Of a stretch of 64,000 nt of DNA, positions 52,842-63,787 are shown piece after piece. The notes below the pieces were generated by a model, which saw nothing but the letters and a program-made list of their open reading frames with translations, did no database searches and had not been told where the DNA came from. The first letter of the stretch is position 1. The number at the start of each line of letters is the position of its first letter. A program made the translations under genes and the position numbers. Source of the DNA: Scenedesmus sp. PABB004 (taxonomy: Eukaryota); NCBI GenBank assembly GCA_014905635.1, contig JABVCE010000007.1, positions 124,001 to 188,000 of the forward strand, given 5' to 3'.

Positions 52842-53672
52842 GCGCCCGCGCCGCGCCGCGCCGCGCCGCGCCGCGCCGCGCCGCGCCGACGCGCGGGATG
52901 ACGCGGCGCCGCGCCGCCCGCCGCGCCTGCCGCAGCGGCAGCGCCACCACGGCCCAGAAGCCGGGCCACCCCTGAGCGGGGGCGCGCCCGCTGACCACGA
53001 CAGAGACTTGCCGCGTGACCTGACACGACACGCTGTGTGGAACCGGGCGCACGGCGCCACGGCTGCGCGCCGCCGTGCGGCGCCCGGCGCCCGCCCTGCG
53101 CGCCAGGCTCTCTCCAACGCACGAACGCGCGCGCGGCACGAAGAATCGCGCATGGGAAGAAGGGGGCAGGTGGGCTGCGGCCGCAGGGCGCCGGGGCCAG
53201 TGTTGTTGGCTTGGCCGCCCCGGCGATCAGAGCACAGCGTGCACGGCATCAGCATTATCAGCGTCGTTGCCCTTGACTAGAGCTTTTGACCAGAGGCTTC
53301 GTGATAAGACAACCACCGTGGGCGGCTTGGAGCAGAGGGAGGGCTGGCACAGAGGGGGCAAATGGCTGGCGCGTGGCGGCGGCGCGCGGCCGCGCAGTAC
53401 GACCACGCGAGAGGACCGCTGCGCCGCGCGCGGCGCGCGCGACCGCTGTGCGCGCACGTGCGCGCGCTGCGACGCCTGCACTCCCTGACCTTGACCAACT
53501 ACAGACGGCTCGGTCGAATGGTTTTGTTGGCGCCGCGCTCTGCCGCGCTGAGCCCGCACGTCACAACTGTGGGCGCTCGCATCGGAGCGCATGCGCTGCG
53601 GTAACACTTGGGCCGGACGCCCCTGAGCACGACAGCAGCCGCTCCGCCCTCAACAGCCAGCCTGCCCCGCGA

Positions 53673-55940
53673 TCACGCGGCGCCCTGGTCGGCGGCGGCG
53701 CACGCGCGCCGCTGGGCGAGCGCGGCGCGCGCGGCGTCCAGCGGGTGCTGCAGCGCCTCCGCCACCCGGCCACCCTTGGCACCGCCGCTGCCACCCTCGC
53801 TGGGCGCGGCCGCGGGCTGCGGCGGCGGCAGCTCGCGCGGCGCCTGGTCTGCCGGGGGCGCTGGGTCGCCTGCCGCAGCGCCGCGCCCCTCCAGCTCCTC
53901 CTCCAGCCCCTCCTCCGCCGCCGCCGCCGCCGCCACGTCGCTGCCGCCGAGCCGCCGGCTGCGTCCGCGCGACAGGCTGTGCCGCAGCTGGTCCGCGGCG
54001 GGAAAGACCCACGCGCTCAGCACCCGCCCGGAGGAGTTGAGCCCGCTGTGCATAAAGTCCTGCGGCCGCGCCGGCAGCGGCGGCGGCAGCACCGTCTCCC
54101 GCGCGCGGGGCCGGCTGCCCGCGCCGCGCGCCCGCGCAGCGCGCCGCGCTGCCACGCGCCTTGACGCTCGCCTTGGCGCGCTGCCGGTGCGTCGGCTCCG
54201 GTGGCGGCGCGCCCGCGAGGAGGTGGCGCGCGAGGAACTCAGACCCCTTGGCGCCGCGAAAGAAGCGGTGCCGCAGCAGCGCCTCCGCGCTCGGGCGCTG
54301 CGCCGGCTCCTTGCGCAGGCAGGCGCCCACGACGTCGCGGAAGGCCTGGGGCCCGGCGCGGCGGCCGGCGCACGCGCGGCGTGGGCCGCGAGGCGGCGCG
54401 GCGCCGCGCCACCGCGCGCCGCGCGCCCCCGCGCGCCGCGCCTTTGAGAACTTGCGGCCGCCCGGCGCGCCGTCGTCGGTGAGCGAGGGCGGCGGGTCCT
54501 GGATGGCGGCGAGGATGACGCGCAGCGGCGGCAGCCGCGCGCGCGGCGGGGCGCCGAGCGCGAGCTCCACGAGCGTGATGCCGAGCGACCAAATGTCGGC
54601 GGATGAGTCATAGCTGCCCGGGGTAGCGCAGGGGCGGCAGCGCGCGTGGGCGCAGCGGGGCGGCGGGGCGGGGGCGGCGAGGGCGAGGCGGCGCGGCAGG
54701 CAGAGGGCTCACCCCTCGGCTGCCTGGCTGAGCACCTCCGGCGCCATCCAGCACGGCGAGCCCACAAACGTCTTGGCGCGCAGGTCGCCCAGGCCGCCCA
54801 ACGCGTCGCCGGCGCCGCCGCCACTGCCGCTGCCACCGCCGCTGCCGCTGCCACCGCCGCTGCCGCCGCCGCCGCTGCCGCGCGGGCTGCTGGCCAGAAT
54901 CGAGCGAGACACGCCAAAGTCGCCCTGGCGGTGGGGCGGGTGCACGGGGCTCGGCCGGCGGCGCACGGTGCGCCGCCGCGCGCCGCGCGCGCGGCCAGCC
55001 GCGCGCCCTCGTCCGCCCCACGCGCGCACCAGCATGACCTGCCCCGCCTCAGAGACGAGGATGTTGTCGGCCTTGATGTCACGGTGGATGCCGCCCGCCG
55101 CGTGCAGATAGCGCAGGCCCAGCAGCACGGTGCGGCCGATCGCTGCGATCACAGGCTCGGGCAGGCCCTGCGGCGCAAGCACTCAGCACGCCGCACGGTC
55201 TGCCCCCGCCGCCGCCAGGCGAGCGAGGCGGCCTGACCTGACCTGACCGGCCCTGACCTGACCTGCTCGGGGGCCAGGGACTCGCCCTCACGCCCGCGCA
55301 CCTGCTTGTACGTCGCGTGGCGCAGCATGACCGAGCGCACCGAGCCCGCGCCGAGCAGGGGCGTCACCATCCACAGCGTGTCCCCGCACACAAACGCTGC
55401 CAGGAGCGGCAGCAGGCTGGGGTGCTGGAAGCCGCGCATGAGCGTCACCTCGCGCACGAGGTTTGCCAGCTCTCCGTCTCCGTCGGCGTCGATGTTGAGC
55501 TGCCGCACCGCCACGGTGGCGTCCAGCGCCTTGCAGCGCGCGCGGTAGACCTGCGCGCGGCGGCACGGCGTCGGGCGCTGCGCGCGAGCTGCCGTCCAGC
55601 CAGCTGGCGGAGGAGGTCACGCCGCGGCGGCGCGGCGCCGGCCAGGGCCTCACCACCGCGGCCGCGCCCTGCCCGATCTCCTCCAGCAGCTCGTAGCCGT
55701 CGGCGCTCGCCGGCCAGTCCCTGCGGCGGAGCGTTGTTGTTGGCGCGCGCGCGCCGCGCCTCTGCCGCGGCGGCGAGCGATAGCGACCCGGCGGCGGCGT
55801 GCGCCGCTGCAGCCGTGCACGGCCGGCACTCACGTCCGCATCGCGCAGTCGCTCTTGGTGCCCGACTTCGGCCGGGCCAGCGTGCGGCTCCCCGCCGCAA
55901 CAAAACTCGCCCACAAACGGTTCGGCGGCGTTGCGGCCAT
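53673..55940 (-). CDS. STE20-family (Fray/OSR1/BLUS1-like MAP4K) Ser/Thr kinase with Arg at the beta-3 Lys position; 8 exons
   Basis: DWPASADGYELLEEIGQGAAAVVYRARC..TVAVRQL..LVREV..HPSLL..GSVRS..GLPEPVIA..IHRDIKADNILV..GDFGVSR..KTFVGSPCWMAPEVL..SADIWSLGITLVELALG..RKFSKAFRDVVGACL..RPSAEALLRHRFF; C-terminal SAW.F motif. Confidence 0.9.
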
Positions 55941-56210
55941 CTCTTTCTGCGGCTCCCGCCGCCCCGCCGCCGCCGCAGCGACGCTGGGCGGGCGAGCAGC
56001 AGCGCCGCTCTGGCGCCGAGTGCCGCCGTGCGTGCTCGGGTTCCGAGCTTCACAGGAAGTGCGTGAGCACGCCGCGCGCCGGCCGGTGCTAGCTGCCGCC
56101 TGCCGGAGGCTGCGCGGGCTGAAGGGCGCACGGAACGCGGGCGTCACAACGACGGGGGGGCGAGCACAGACCACAGACCCACGCCTTGCGATGGAGGCCC
56201 TCCATCACGG

Positions 56211-57782
56211 TCACAGCTGCGCCTGAAGCACCAGGAACTCCTCGTAGCCCAGCCGGCCGCCGCCGCTGTCGCCGCCGCCCTGGCCGGCCGCCGCGGCGGC
56301 GGCCTTGGCGGCGGCGATCATGCGCCCCGCGAGCTCCGCGTCCCCGTCCATGCCCGCCGCCGCCATCGTCGCGGCCAGCTGGCGCGCGCTCACGGTGCCG
56401 CCGGCGTCGGGGCCAGCGCGGCAAAGAGGTCAAACAGCTCATCGGGCTCGCGGCCCCACGCCGGCGCGGCGGGCGCGCCGCCCCCGCCGCCGCGGCCGCC
56501 GCGGCCGCCGCGGCCGCGCCCCCGGCCGCCCCTGCTGCCCCTGCCCTTGCCCCGGCCGCGGCCGGCGCTCGCGCCCAGCGGCTCGCTGCCGCCCGGGCTG
56601 CCCTGCTGCTCGCGCGCCGGCGCGGGCGGCGCCTGCAGCTGCTGCTCGCCGTCGTCGCTGCTGCTGCCCAGGACAATGACGCCCTCGCCCCCGCCGCCAG
56701 CAGCGGCGGCTGCGCTCCCCGGCGCCGGCGCGTCCGCGTCGACCGGCTGCATCGACAGCTGCAGCGCGAGCTGCAGCTCCCAGTCGTCGCCCTCGTCCTG
56801 CCGCGGCCCCGGCGCCGGCACGGGCGCGAGCCCGCGCGCGCGCCCCGCCGCGCCCGCCGCGGCGACGACTGCGCCCAGCGCGCGGCGCAGCTCCTGCTGG
56901 CCGCCCGCGTCCGCCGCGTCGTCGCTGGCCGCCGCACTGGCGCGCCGCCGCCGCTTGGGCGCGTGGCCGGCAGCGCCGCCGCCGCGCTGCCGCGCGCGCG
57001 GCGCCCGCCCCCGGCGCGCGCCGCCGCCGCCGCTGCCGCCTGGCGGCTCCCCCTCCTCGCTCTCTGGCTGCTCGCTGCTCGGCCCGCCCGACGCGTCCGA
57101 CTCGTCCGACTCGTCCGACGCCTGCGCGGCGATGTCGGCCGCCGTAGGAACAAAATCCTCCTCCTCCCCCTCGCCGGCGCCGCCGCTGAGCCCCGCAGCC
57201 GCGCTGCGCCGCTTGCGGGAGGCGCCGGCGCTGCCACGCCGCGCGCGCGCGCCCGCTGGCGCCGCGTGGCGGCTGCCGCCGCCCTCACTGGCGCCCTCGC
57301 TGCTCTCGCTGCCCTCGCCGCCCCCGCTCCTGCCCCCACCGCTGGCCTCGCCGTCGCTGCTGCCGGAGCCGCCCGCGACCAGCCTCTGCTGGGCCGCCCG
57401 GGCCGCCGCGCGCGACGAGCGGCGCGCGGGCGCGCCCGGCGCGGGCCGCAGCGCCTCCTCCCGTGCCGCCGCCTCGGCGGCCGCCGCCGCGGCGTCCGCC
57501 GCCAGGCCGTCCGCGACCGCCCGTGCCGCGGCGTTGACCTGCAGCGCCTCCAGCATCGCCCGGTTGCGCGCGATGCGCTGCTGGCGCTGCCGCTCGATCG
57601 CCGGCACGCCGGCCTGCTCCTCCTCCTGCGACCCAGCGCGCGCAGTGTTGCTTTTGGGGGGGGGGGGGCGGCGCGCAGCGAGCAGCGGCGGCGCCAGCCG
57701 CTGGCCCCGCGCGGCGCGGCACGGCGCGCGAGCAGCCACACAGAGGGCCACGCACGGATTCAGAGCCAGGGGGCTGAGCCAT
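56211..57782 (-). CDS. Uncharacterised disordered protein with a UIM-like motif and C-terminal EF-hand pair; apparent 1-bp frameshift at 56409-56412
   Basis: MAQPPGSES|EEEQAGVPAIERQRQQRIARNRAMLEALQV; basic PKRRRR; DDWELQLALQLSMQ. Restoring one base gives LFDLFAALAPDAGGTVSARQL..MIAAA..GRLGYEEFL. Confidence 0.6.
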
Positions 57783-58114
57783 GAACTCCGACCCCCTGGG
57801 GGGCGGCCAGGGGGGCTGCCGCGCGGCGCAGCAGCGGCAAGACCCGCGTGCCGCGCCGCCGCCTGCGCGCTGCTGCCGGCCCCCTGGGCAGGCGTGCGAG
57901 CGGCCGGGCTCGAGACGGCTGCCTCGTAGGGCGTGCGGTGAAGGTGCTGGGGCCGTCCGCGCGCACGGAGCGGCTGCGCGGCTCGGCGCCGCTGCTGACT
58001 GCCGCGCTGCCGGGGCGGCGGCGGCGGCTGCGCGCTTGCAGGCGCCGCCAGGCGCGCGGTTCCTGCAAGACCTCGGGGCGGCGCCGCCTCTCGCCGGTGC
58101 GCCACTGACGACGA

Positions 58115-58804
58115 CTAAACCTTGCGCCCTGCAGCGCGCGCCGCCACGCCCGCGACCAGCGCCTGCTGCGCGGCCGCGAGCTCCGCCCGCGCGGCCTCGG
58201 CGGCGGCGGCACGGGAGGTCGCCTTGGCCGCCGCGTTGGCCGCGGCCTGCGCGTCAAGCGCCGCCCGGTAGCCGGCCTGCTGCGCGCGGCGCTGTGCGGC
58301 GAGCGCCGCGGGGTCCGGCCCCCAGAACGGGGACGGCGCCGCGTCGCCGCCGCTGCCCCCTGCGCCCAGGCTGGCCAGCTGCCGCCGCTCGGCGACCTGC
58401 TGCGCCAGCGCGTCCTGCGTGCGTGCGCACGCACGGGCGTGCGGCCAGGCGGTTGGGGGCGCAGGGGAGGCCTGGCGCCGGCCGCGCAGCACGCAGCGCC
58501 TCACCGCGAGCTGCTGCTTGCGCGTGCCCGCCGCCGCGCGCGCGGCCGCCGCTTCTGCGTCGAGCCGGGCGTGCAGCGCCTCCGCGCGCGCGGCGCACGC
58601 CGCCTCGCCGGCCGCCACCGCGTCGGCGGCGGCCGCGGCCCGGGCGGCGGCGGCCGTGAGCACCTGCGCGTGCACCTGCGGCCGGCCCCTGCCCTGCGGC
58701 GCACGCTGCTCCGGCGCCTCGTCCGGCCCGCCCGCGGGCAGCACAAACGTCGCCGGCCGCGCGCAGGCGTTGGCGACCGCCGCCGCGCGCGCCGCGTGAG
58801 CCAT
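58115..58804 (-). CDS. Ala-rich coiled-coil hypothetical protein, possibly a degenerate axonemal microtubule-inner-protein type
   Basis: Open frame with a probable in-frame intron (GTGAGG at ~58504 to CAG at ~58415). Motifs RKQQLA|DALAQQVAERR and QQAGYRAALDAQAAAN. Confidence 0.4.
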   Translation of the reverse strand: MAHAARAAAVANACARPATFVLPAGGPDEAPEQRAPQGRGRPQVHAQVLTAAAARAAAAADAVAAGEAACAARAEALHARLDAEAAAARAAAGTRKQQLAVRRCVLRGRRQASPAPPTAWPHARACARTQDALAQQVAERRQLASLGAGGSGGDAAPSPFWGPDPAALAAQRRAQQAGYRAALDAQAAANAAAKATSRAAAAEAARAELAAAQQALVAGVAARAAGRKV

Positions 58805-59003
58805 GTGGCCGTGCTGCTGCGCGACGCCACCCGCGAGCTGCTGCTGCTGAGCGCGTGGGCAGTGGGAAGCAGCAGGCAGGGCGGGCGCGGCTGTTGACCG
58901 ACTGCTGCTGCGGCCGCGCGGGTGTGCCGGCCGGTCAACGCCCGCGGCACTGCAGGTTGACCGGCGCCGTTACAGCCCTCACAGCCCTCGCGCCTCTCCG
59001 CGC

Positions 59004-60622
59004 TCACGGCACGTCGACCATCGCGCCCGCCGCCAGCGCCGCCGCGCCCTCGCGCCCCGCCGCGCCGCCGGCGCCGCCGCTGCTCGGCGCGCTCTCCCCG
59101 CCCGGCAGCACGCCCGCGGCCGTGACGATGATCGCCCGCAGCGGCTTGCCGTACTGCCGCCGCACGTTGTCGGCGCGGTCGTCGCCGATGAAGGCGGCAA
59201 AGCGGTTCAGCTGCTGGCTGCGAATGTCGGGCTGGAACGACGGCACCTGCCGCGGCGGCGGCGGCGGCGGCGCGCGGGGCGCGCCGTGTGGGGCGACGGC
59301 GGCGCAGCAGCGCAGCGGCGCGGCGCGGCGCGGCGCGGGCGGCGGCAGCTGCGCGCCTGCGAGGCGCGGATGACGGTGTCCATGCCCTCCTCGACGCGGC
59401 CAAACACGGCGTTGAGCCCGTCCAGGCGCGGCACGGGGCCGGGCCCCGTGGTAATGAGGAACTCCAGCTGCCTGCGCCGCGTGCGCGGGGCCCGTGTGCA
59501 TGCGTGCGCGTGTGCTTGTGTGTGCGTGGCAGCGGCGCGACGCGCGAGCGGCGGCGCCGCGGCGGGCGGCAGGCGCGCGCGGCGCGGCGCGCTGCTGCGA
59601 GCGCGGCGGCGGTGGGCCGCACCTGTAGGCGCTGCGCTCCCTGACCTTGGGGTCCTCGTCGTTCTCGCTCAGGCTCAGCGACACGGTGCCCGGGCGCGCG
59701 TGCGTCGCGCGGAACGGCCCCGACGCCGCGAGGTCCGAGTTGGGCTGCGCGGGCGCGCGCGGCGGCACGGCGGCGGGCCGCGCGTGTGGGCACAAGCGCG
59801 GGTGGGCGTGGGCGGGCCCGCCCCCGCCGCCCCCGCTGCCGGGCGCCGCGTGCCGCGCGCGCGCACCAGCAGTCCCGGCGGCGCCTCGGCGTCGCCCATG
59901 CGCCGGTTGCCCTGCCGCCCAAGCTGCACGTACTCGCCGGGGCTGATGCGGCTGAACGCGCTGCCCGTGAGCCCGCCGGCGCGCACTGCAGCAAGTATGT
60001 TGGCCGTCGTCACGGGGCGAGCCGGCCATACAGGCCTGCACGCGCGGGCGGGCGGGCGGGCGAGGTGGTGCTGCCGGCGGCTGGCCCCGCCCGTGCCGGC
60101 GCTGCGCGGGCGCTGCCGCCGCGCACCGATGACGACCCGCCCCGCCGGCGCCGCGTCGGTCGGCAGCACCGACTTGTCGCCGAGCGTGCGCTCGCCCGCG
60201 GGCTTGAACGCGGAGCTCGCGATGCCGATGTCCAGGTAGATGCGGTCGGTGACGGTGAGGTCCAGGTCGCCGAGCTCCGCGGCCGCGGCGGAGCGCGGGG
60301 ACGGCGAGAGCAGCAGCCCGCACGCCGCGCCCGCCACTGCCGCGCCCGCCAGCAGCGCGCGGCGACCGCTGGCGTCGCTGAGGGCGGGCTGCTGCTCGCC
60401 AGCGGAGTCTGGCAGGGCGCGCTCCGCCTGCTTCGGCTCCGGCCGCTGCTGCTGCTGTTGGTGCTGCGCAGGCTCCGGCCGCTGCTGCTGCTGCGTCGCG
60501 CCCGCCGCCGCCGCTGCGCGTGCCGACGCCCGCCCTGCGCGTGCGGGGGCGAAGGGGCGCCAGCTGGCACGCGTCATTGCTGCTGCTGACGCCCGGCGCG
60601 GCGCCTGGGGCGCGCGGTCCAT
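59004..60622 (-). CDS. CYP28: Thylakoid-lumen cyclophilin-type PPIase CYP28; 5 exons
   Basis: Bipartite transit peptide with twin-Arg SGRRALL..AAAA; VTDRIYLDI; GRVVIGLYG; HARPGTVSLSLSENDED; EFLITTGPGP.P.LDG.N.VFGRV; FAAFIGDDRA. An alternative start is at 60577. Confidence 0.92.
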
Positions 60623-60938
60623 CCCGCGATCAGTGCACGGTGACGCCTGCGTGCGGTGGGAGCGCGGCCGACGCCCTGTTCGCGGTTGCCGAGTCGCGCA
60701 GGGCCGCAATGACGCCACGCGGACAACCTGCGTCAGTTTCGCGGCGGCGCGGCGTTCAACCTGAGCTGTCGCGTGCGGCGGTCCAGCTCACCCCGCAGCC
60801 CCGCAGCCCCACCCCCCACACCGGAGCCCGGCCCCGCACCGCTCACTCCCTCGCCTTCCCGCCGCCCGTCCGCGAGCCCGCCGCTTGCCGCGAGAGCAGC
60901 AACGCCCCTCCCCTGGCCTCCGCACCGCCTGGCCCGCC

Positions 60939-63737
60939 ATGAACCGCTCGCTGCACGCCAAGGTGCGCAGGGGCAGGCGGCGCCCCGGGGCGGCGCTGCT
61001 CGCGGTGGCAGCGCTGCTCGCGGCGGCAGCGCTGCGCGCGGTGGCAGCGCTGCTCGCGGCGGCAGCGCTGCGCGCGGCGGCAGCGCTCCCGCGGTGGCCT
61101 GCCACCGCTGGAGGAGGCGGCTGGGGCTGCCCGCGCAGCAGCGCTGCGCGCACCACCACCGCAACCCACCGGCGGCACCCCTCCTGCCACCACCTGCCGC
61201 AGCCGGGTGCGTTCGCCGCCGCGGCGGGCGGCGGCGGCGGCGGCGACGGCGGGCTCGGCTTTGAGCTCGGGCGCCTGCAGAACGAGATCAAGGCCCGCGA
61301 CCGCGAGCTCGACGCCGCGCGGCGCGAGATCACCACGCTGCGCTCCACCCAGTGCAGCAACGAGCGGTGCGGCCCGCGCGCGCAGCGCCGGCCAGCCCCG
61401 CGCCAGCCCGCCGCCGCCGGCCAGCGCGCTGAGACGCGCCGAGACGCGCCCGCTGCGCAGGCTGCTGCAGCAGCGCGCGGGCGAGATGGACCGGCTCAAG
61501 GAGCGCCTGCTCAAGGCGGAGGGGTGCGGCGCGCGCGCGCAGCCGGCGCGGCCCGCTGGCGCGCCGGCGGCGCCTGGCCGGCCAACCGCCATCGGACGTG
61601 CTGATCCCCCCCCCCCCCCCCCCCGCCTCCTGCCTCCTCCCCGGCCCCGCGCGCAGCGCGTCCGCGGCACAGGCCAAGGAGCTGGCGCTGGTCAAGGCCG
61701 ACAGGCGCAAGCTCGAGTCGGCCGCGGCCGACCTGCAGCGCCACACCGACAAGCTCAAGGAGCGCGTCACGCAGCTCAGCAACAAGGCGCGGACGGCGAC
61801 GCGCCGCGCGGCGCCGGCGGGCCGGCAGGGCGGCGGGCGCACGCTCCTGCGCTCACGCGCGCGGCGCCCGCGTGCCCGGCCGCCCCCGCGCGCGTGCCGC
61901 AGGGCCCCGCGTTCAACGAGCAGGTCGCGGCGCTGCAGGCGGAGGTCAAGATGCTCAAGGCGACCAACGCGCAGCTGAGCGAGGACCACAAGGTGCTTGG
62001 CGGGGGCCCTACCGCCCCGCTGCGGCCGCCGCCAGGCCGGGCGGGCGCCCCTGACCGCGCGCCCGCGCCGCCCGTGACGCGGCCAGGCCGCGTGCTCGCT
62101 GATCCGCGCCAAAGACAAGGAGCTGGACGCCAACCGCGCCCGCCTCAGGGCTGCGGCGGCGCTGGAGGCGCGCGTGGCGGTGCGGCGCGGCACGGCGCGG
62201 CGTGGCGCCGCTGCGGTGCCGCTGCGTCGCCAGCCGCTCCACGCCGCCGCCCCCGCTCCGCGGCCAGGCCCTGGAGAACGAGCTTGCAGCTGCCAAGAAG
62301 GAGGTGGACGCGGCGGGGTCCGAGATCCGCACGCTGCAGCAGGCGCGGCGCGGCTGCGGCTGCGAGGCCGGCAGCGCGCGAGTCCGGGCGCGGGGCCACG
62401 GCTGACGCTGGCGCGCGGGCGCGCGTGCACCGCGCAGGTCGCGCGCGGCAAGGATGGTGACATCGCGTCGCTGACCAAGGCCCAGGCGGCCGCCAACAAA
62501 ACGCTCGAGGGCGCCCGCCAGGAGCTGAGCGCCGCGCGCGCGACGCTCAAGGTGCGCCGCGCCGCGGCCGCCAGGAGCGGCGGCGCCTGCCGCGCTCGCC
62601 GCCCAGCGCCGCCCCGCGCTCCGCCGCGCGCAGGCAACCGAGGCGCGCGCGGCAGAGCTGGCGGCGGAGCTGTGCGTGAAGCGCGACGAGCTGGCGCGCG
62701 CGAGCGCGGTCGCGGGCCGCGCCGCCGCCGCGGACGCGCGGCTCGTGAAGGGCGAGGGCACGGTGCCGGCGGGTGAGGGCCGGCCAGCTGCAGAGAGCCC
62801 GCCGCGTGGCCGGGGGCCCTCAGGTGCCGCGCCCCGACCCTGCTCCCGCCCGCCGCGCCCGCCTCGCAGGGCAGCACCTTGCGGAGGTCAAGGCGCTCAA
62901 CGGCCAGCTTTCCCGCGTGCGGGAGCGCCTCGCGCTGGCCGAGCGGGACCTCGCTGTGGCGCACGTGATCAAGGCCGGCGCGCGCGAGCGGCAGCGCCGG
63001 CACAGGCCGCCGCCGCGCGCGGCCCGGCGGCGGCCGGGCGGCTGGCGGGCTGACGCGCCGCCCCTGCCGCCGCCGCTGCTCCCCGGCCGCAGGAGAAGTA
63101 CCGCACTGCGCTGGAGTTTGCCAACATCAGCATCGGCGACCTGGACGCCGCAGCGGCCGCGGCGAGCGCGGCGGGCGCGGCCGCGCCCGGCGGCGCGTCG
63201 GCCGCGCGCAGCGCCGCGCGCCGCTCGCTGGGCGGCTCGAGCGCGCACCAGCTGATGGGCCTGCCCTCGCCCGCGGGCCGCGGCGCGGCGCGCGCCGAGC
63301 CGGCGGCGGCGCCCGCGCCCGCGGACGACGCCGCGGCCGCGGCCGCGGAGCTCGGCGGCGCCCTGGCCGGCCTCGCGCTGGGCGGCGCCGCGACCGAGGC
63401 GGCTGCGTCGGAGGCGGCCGCACCCGTGGCAGCTGCCCCGGAGGCGGCCGCCCCCGAGGCGGCGCAGCCGGCGGCGGAGGAGCAGCAGGCGGAGGAGCCG
63501 GCGGGCGCGCCGGACGCGGCCGCCGGCGACGCCGCCGGCGCCACGCCGGCGAGCAAGAACGCCAAGAAGCGCGCGCGCGCCAAGAAGGCCAAGTCCAAGG
63601 CAGCCGGGCAGCCGGCGGCGGAGGCGGGCCAGGCCTGCGACGACGACGGCAAGGCCAAGGCCGTGGCTGTGGCCGAGGAGACCACGCGGCGCAGCACGCG
63701 GCGCACGCGCCGCGACCAGGCGGCCGGCGAGGCGTGA
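60939..63737 (+). CDS. MAP70: Microtubule-associated protein 70 (MAP70)-like coiled-coil protein; 11 exons
   Basis: FELGRLQNEIKARDRELDAARREITTLR; VAALQAEVK..LSEDHKAACSLIRAKDKEL; TVPAGQHLAEVKALNGQLSRVRERLALAER..IKEKYR. These are collinear with remembered plant MAP70 blocks (ELNRLENEVRDKDREL; LQDDNRALDRLTKSKE; VMPVKQWLEERR.LQGE...LRDKLA). Confidence 0.75.
60993..61097 (+). repeat. 18-bp minisatellite (GCGCTGCTCGCGGYGGCA), about 6 copies, in MAP70 intron 1
   Basis: Tandem repeats are directly visible in the sequence. Confidence 0.85.
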
Positions 63738-63753
63738 AGTGCGCGACATGACC

Positions 63754-63787
63754 TGGGGTGACACGTGGGGTGACACGTGGGGGTGAC
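63754..63787 (+). repeat. 12-bp tandem repeat TGGGGTGACACG containing two CACGTG (G-box/ABRE-like) cores
   Basis: tggggtgacacg-tggggtgacacg-tgggggtgac lies just after the MAP70 stop and before TGTAA at ~63797. Confidence 0.6.

Noticed and set aside
52842..53672. Lower-GC intergenic stretch checked for an RNA gene or small ORF
   Set aside because: No tRNA, snRNA or convincing coding signal was found. It is consistent with the convergent 3' UTRs of two genes.
60993..61097. Regular short repeats that could suggest a CRISPR array
   Set aside because: They are head-to-tail 18-bp units with no unique spacers, lie inside a eukaryotic intron and have no cas genes nearby.
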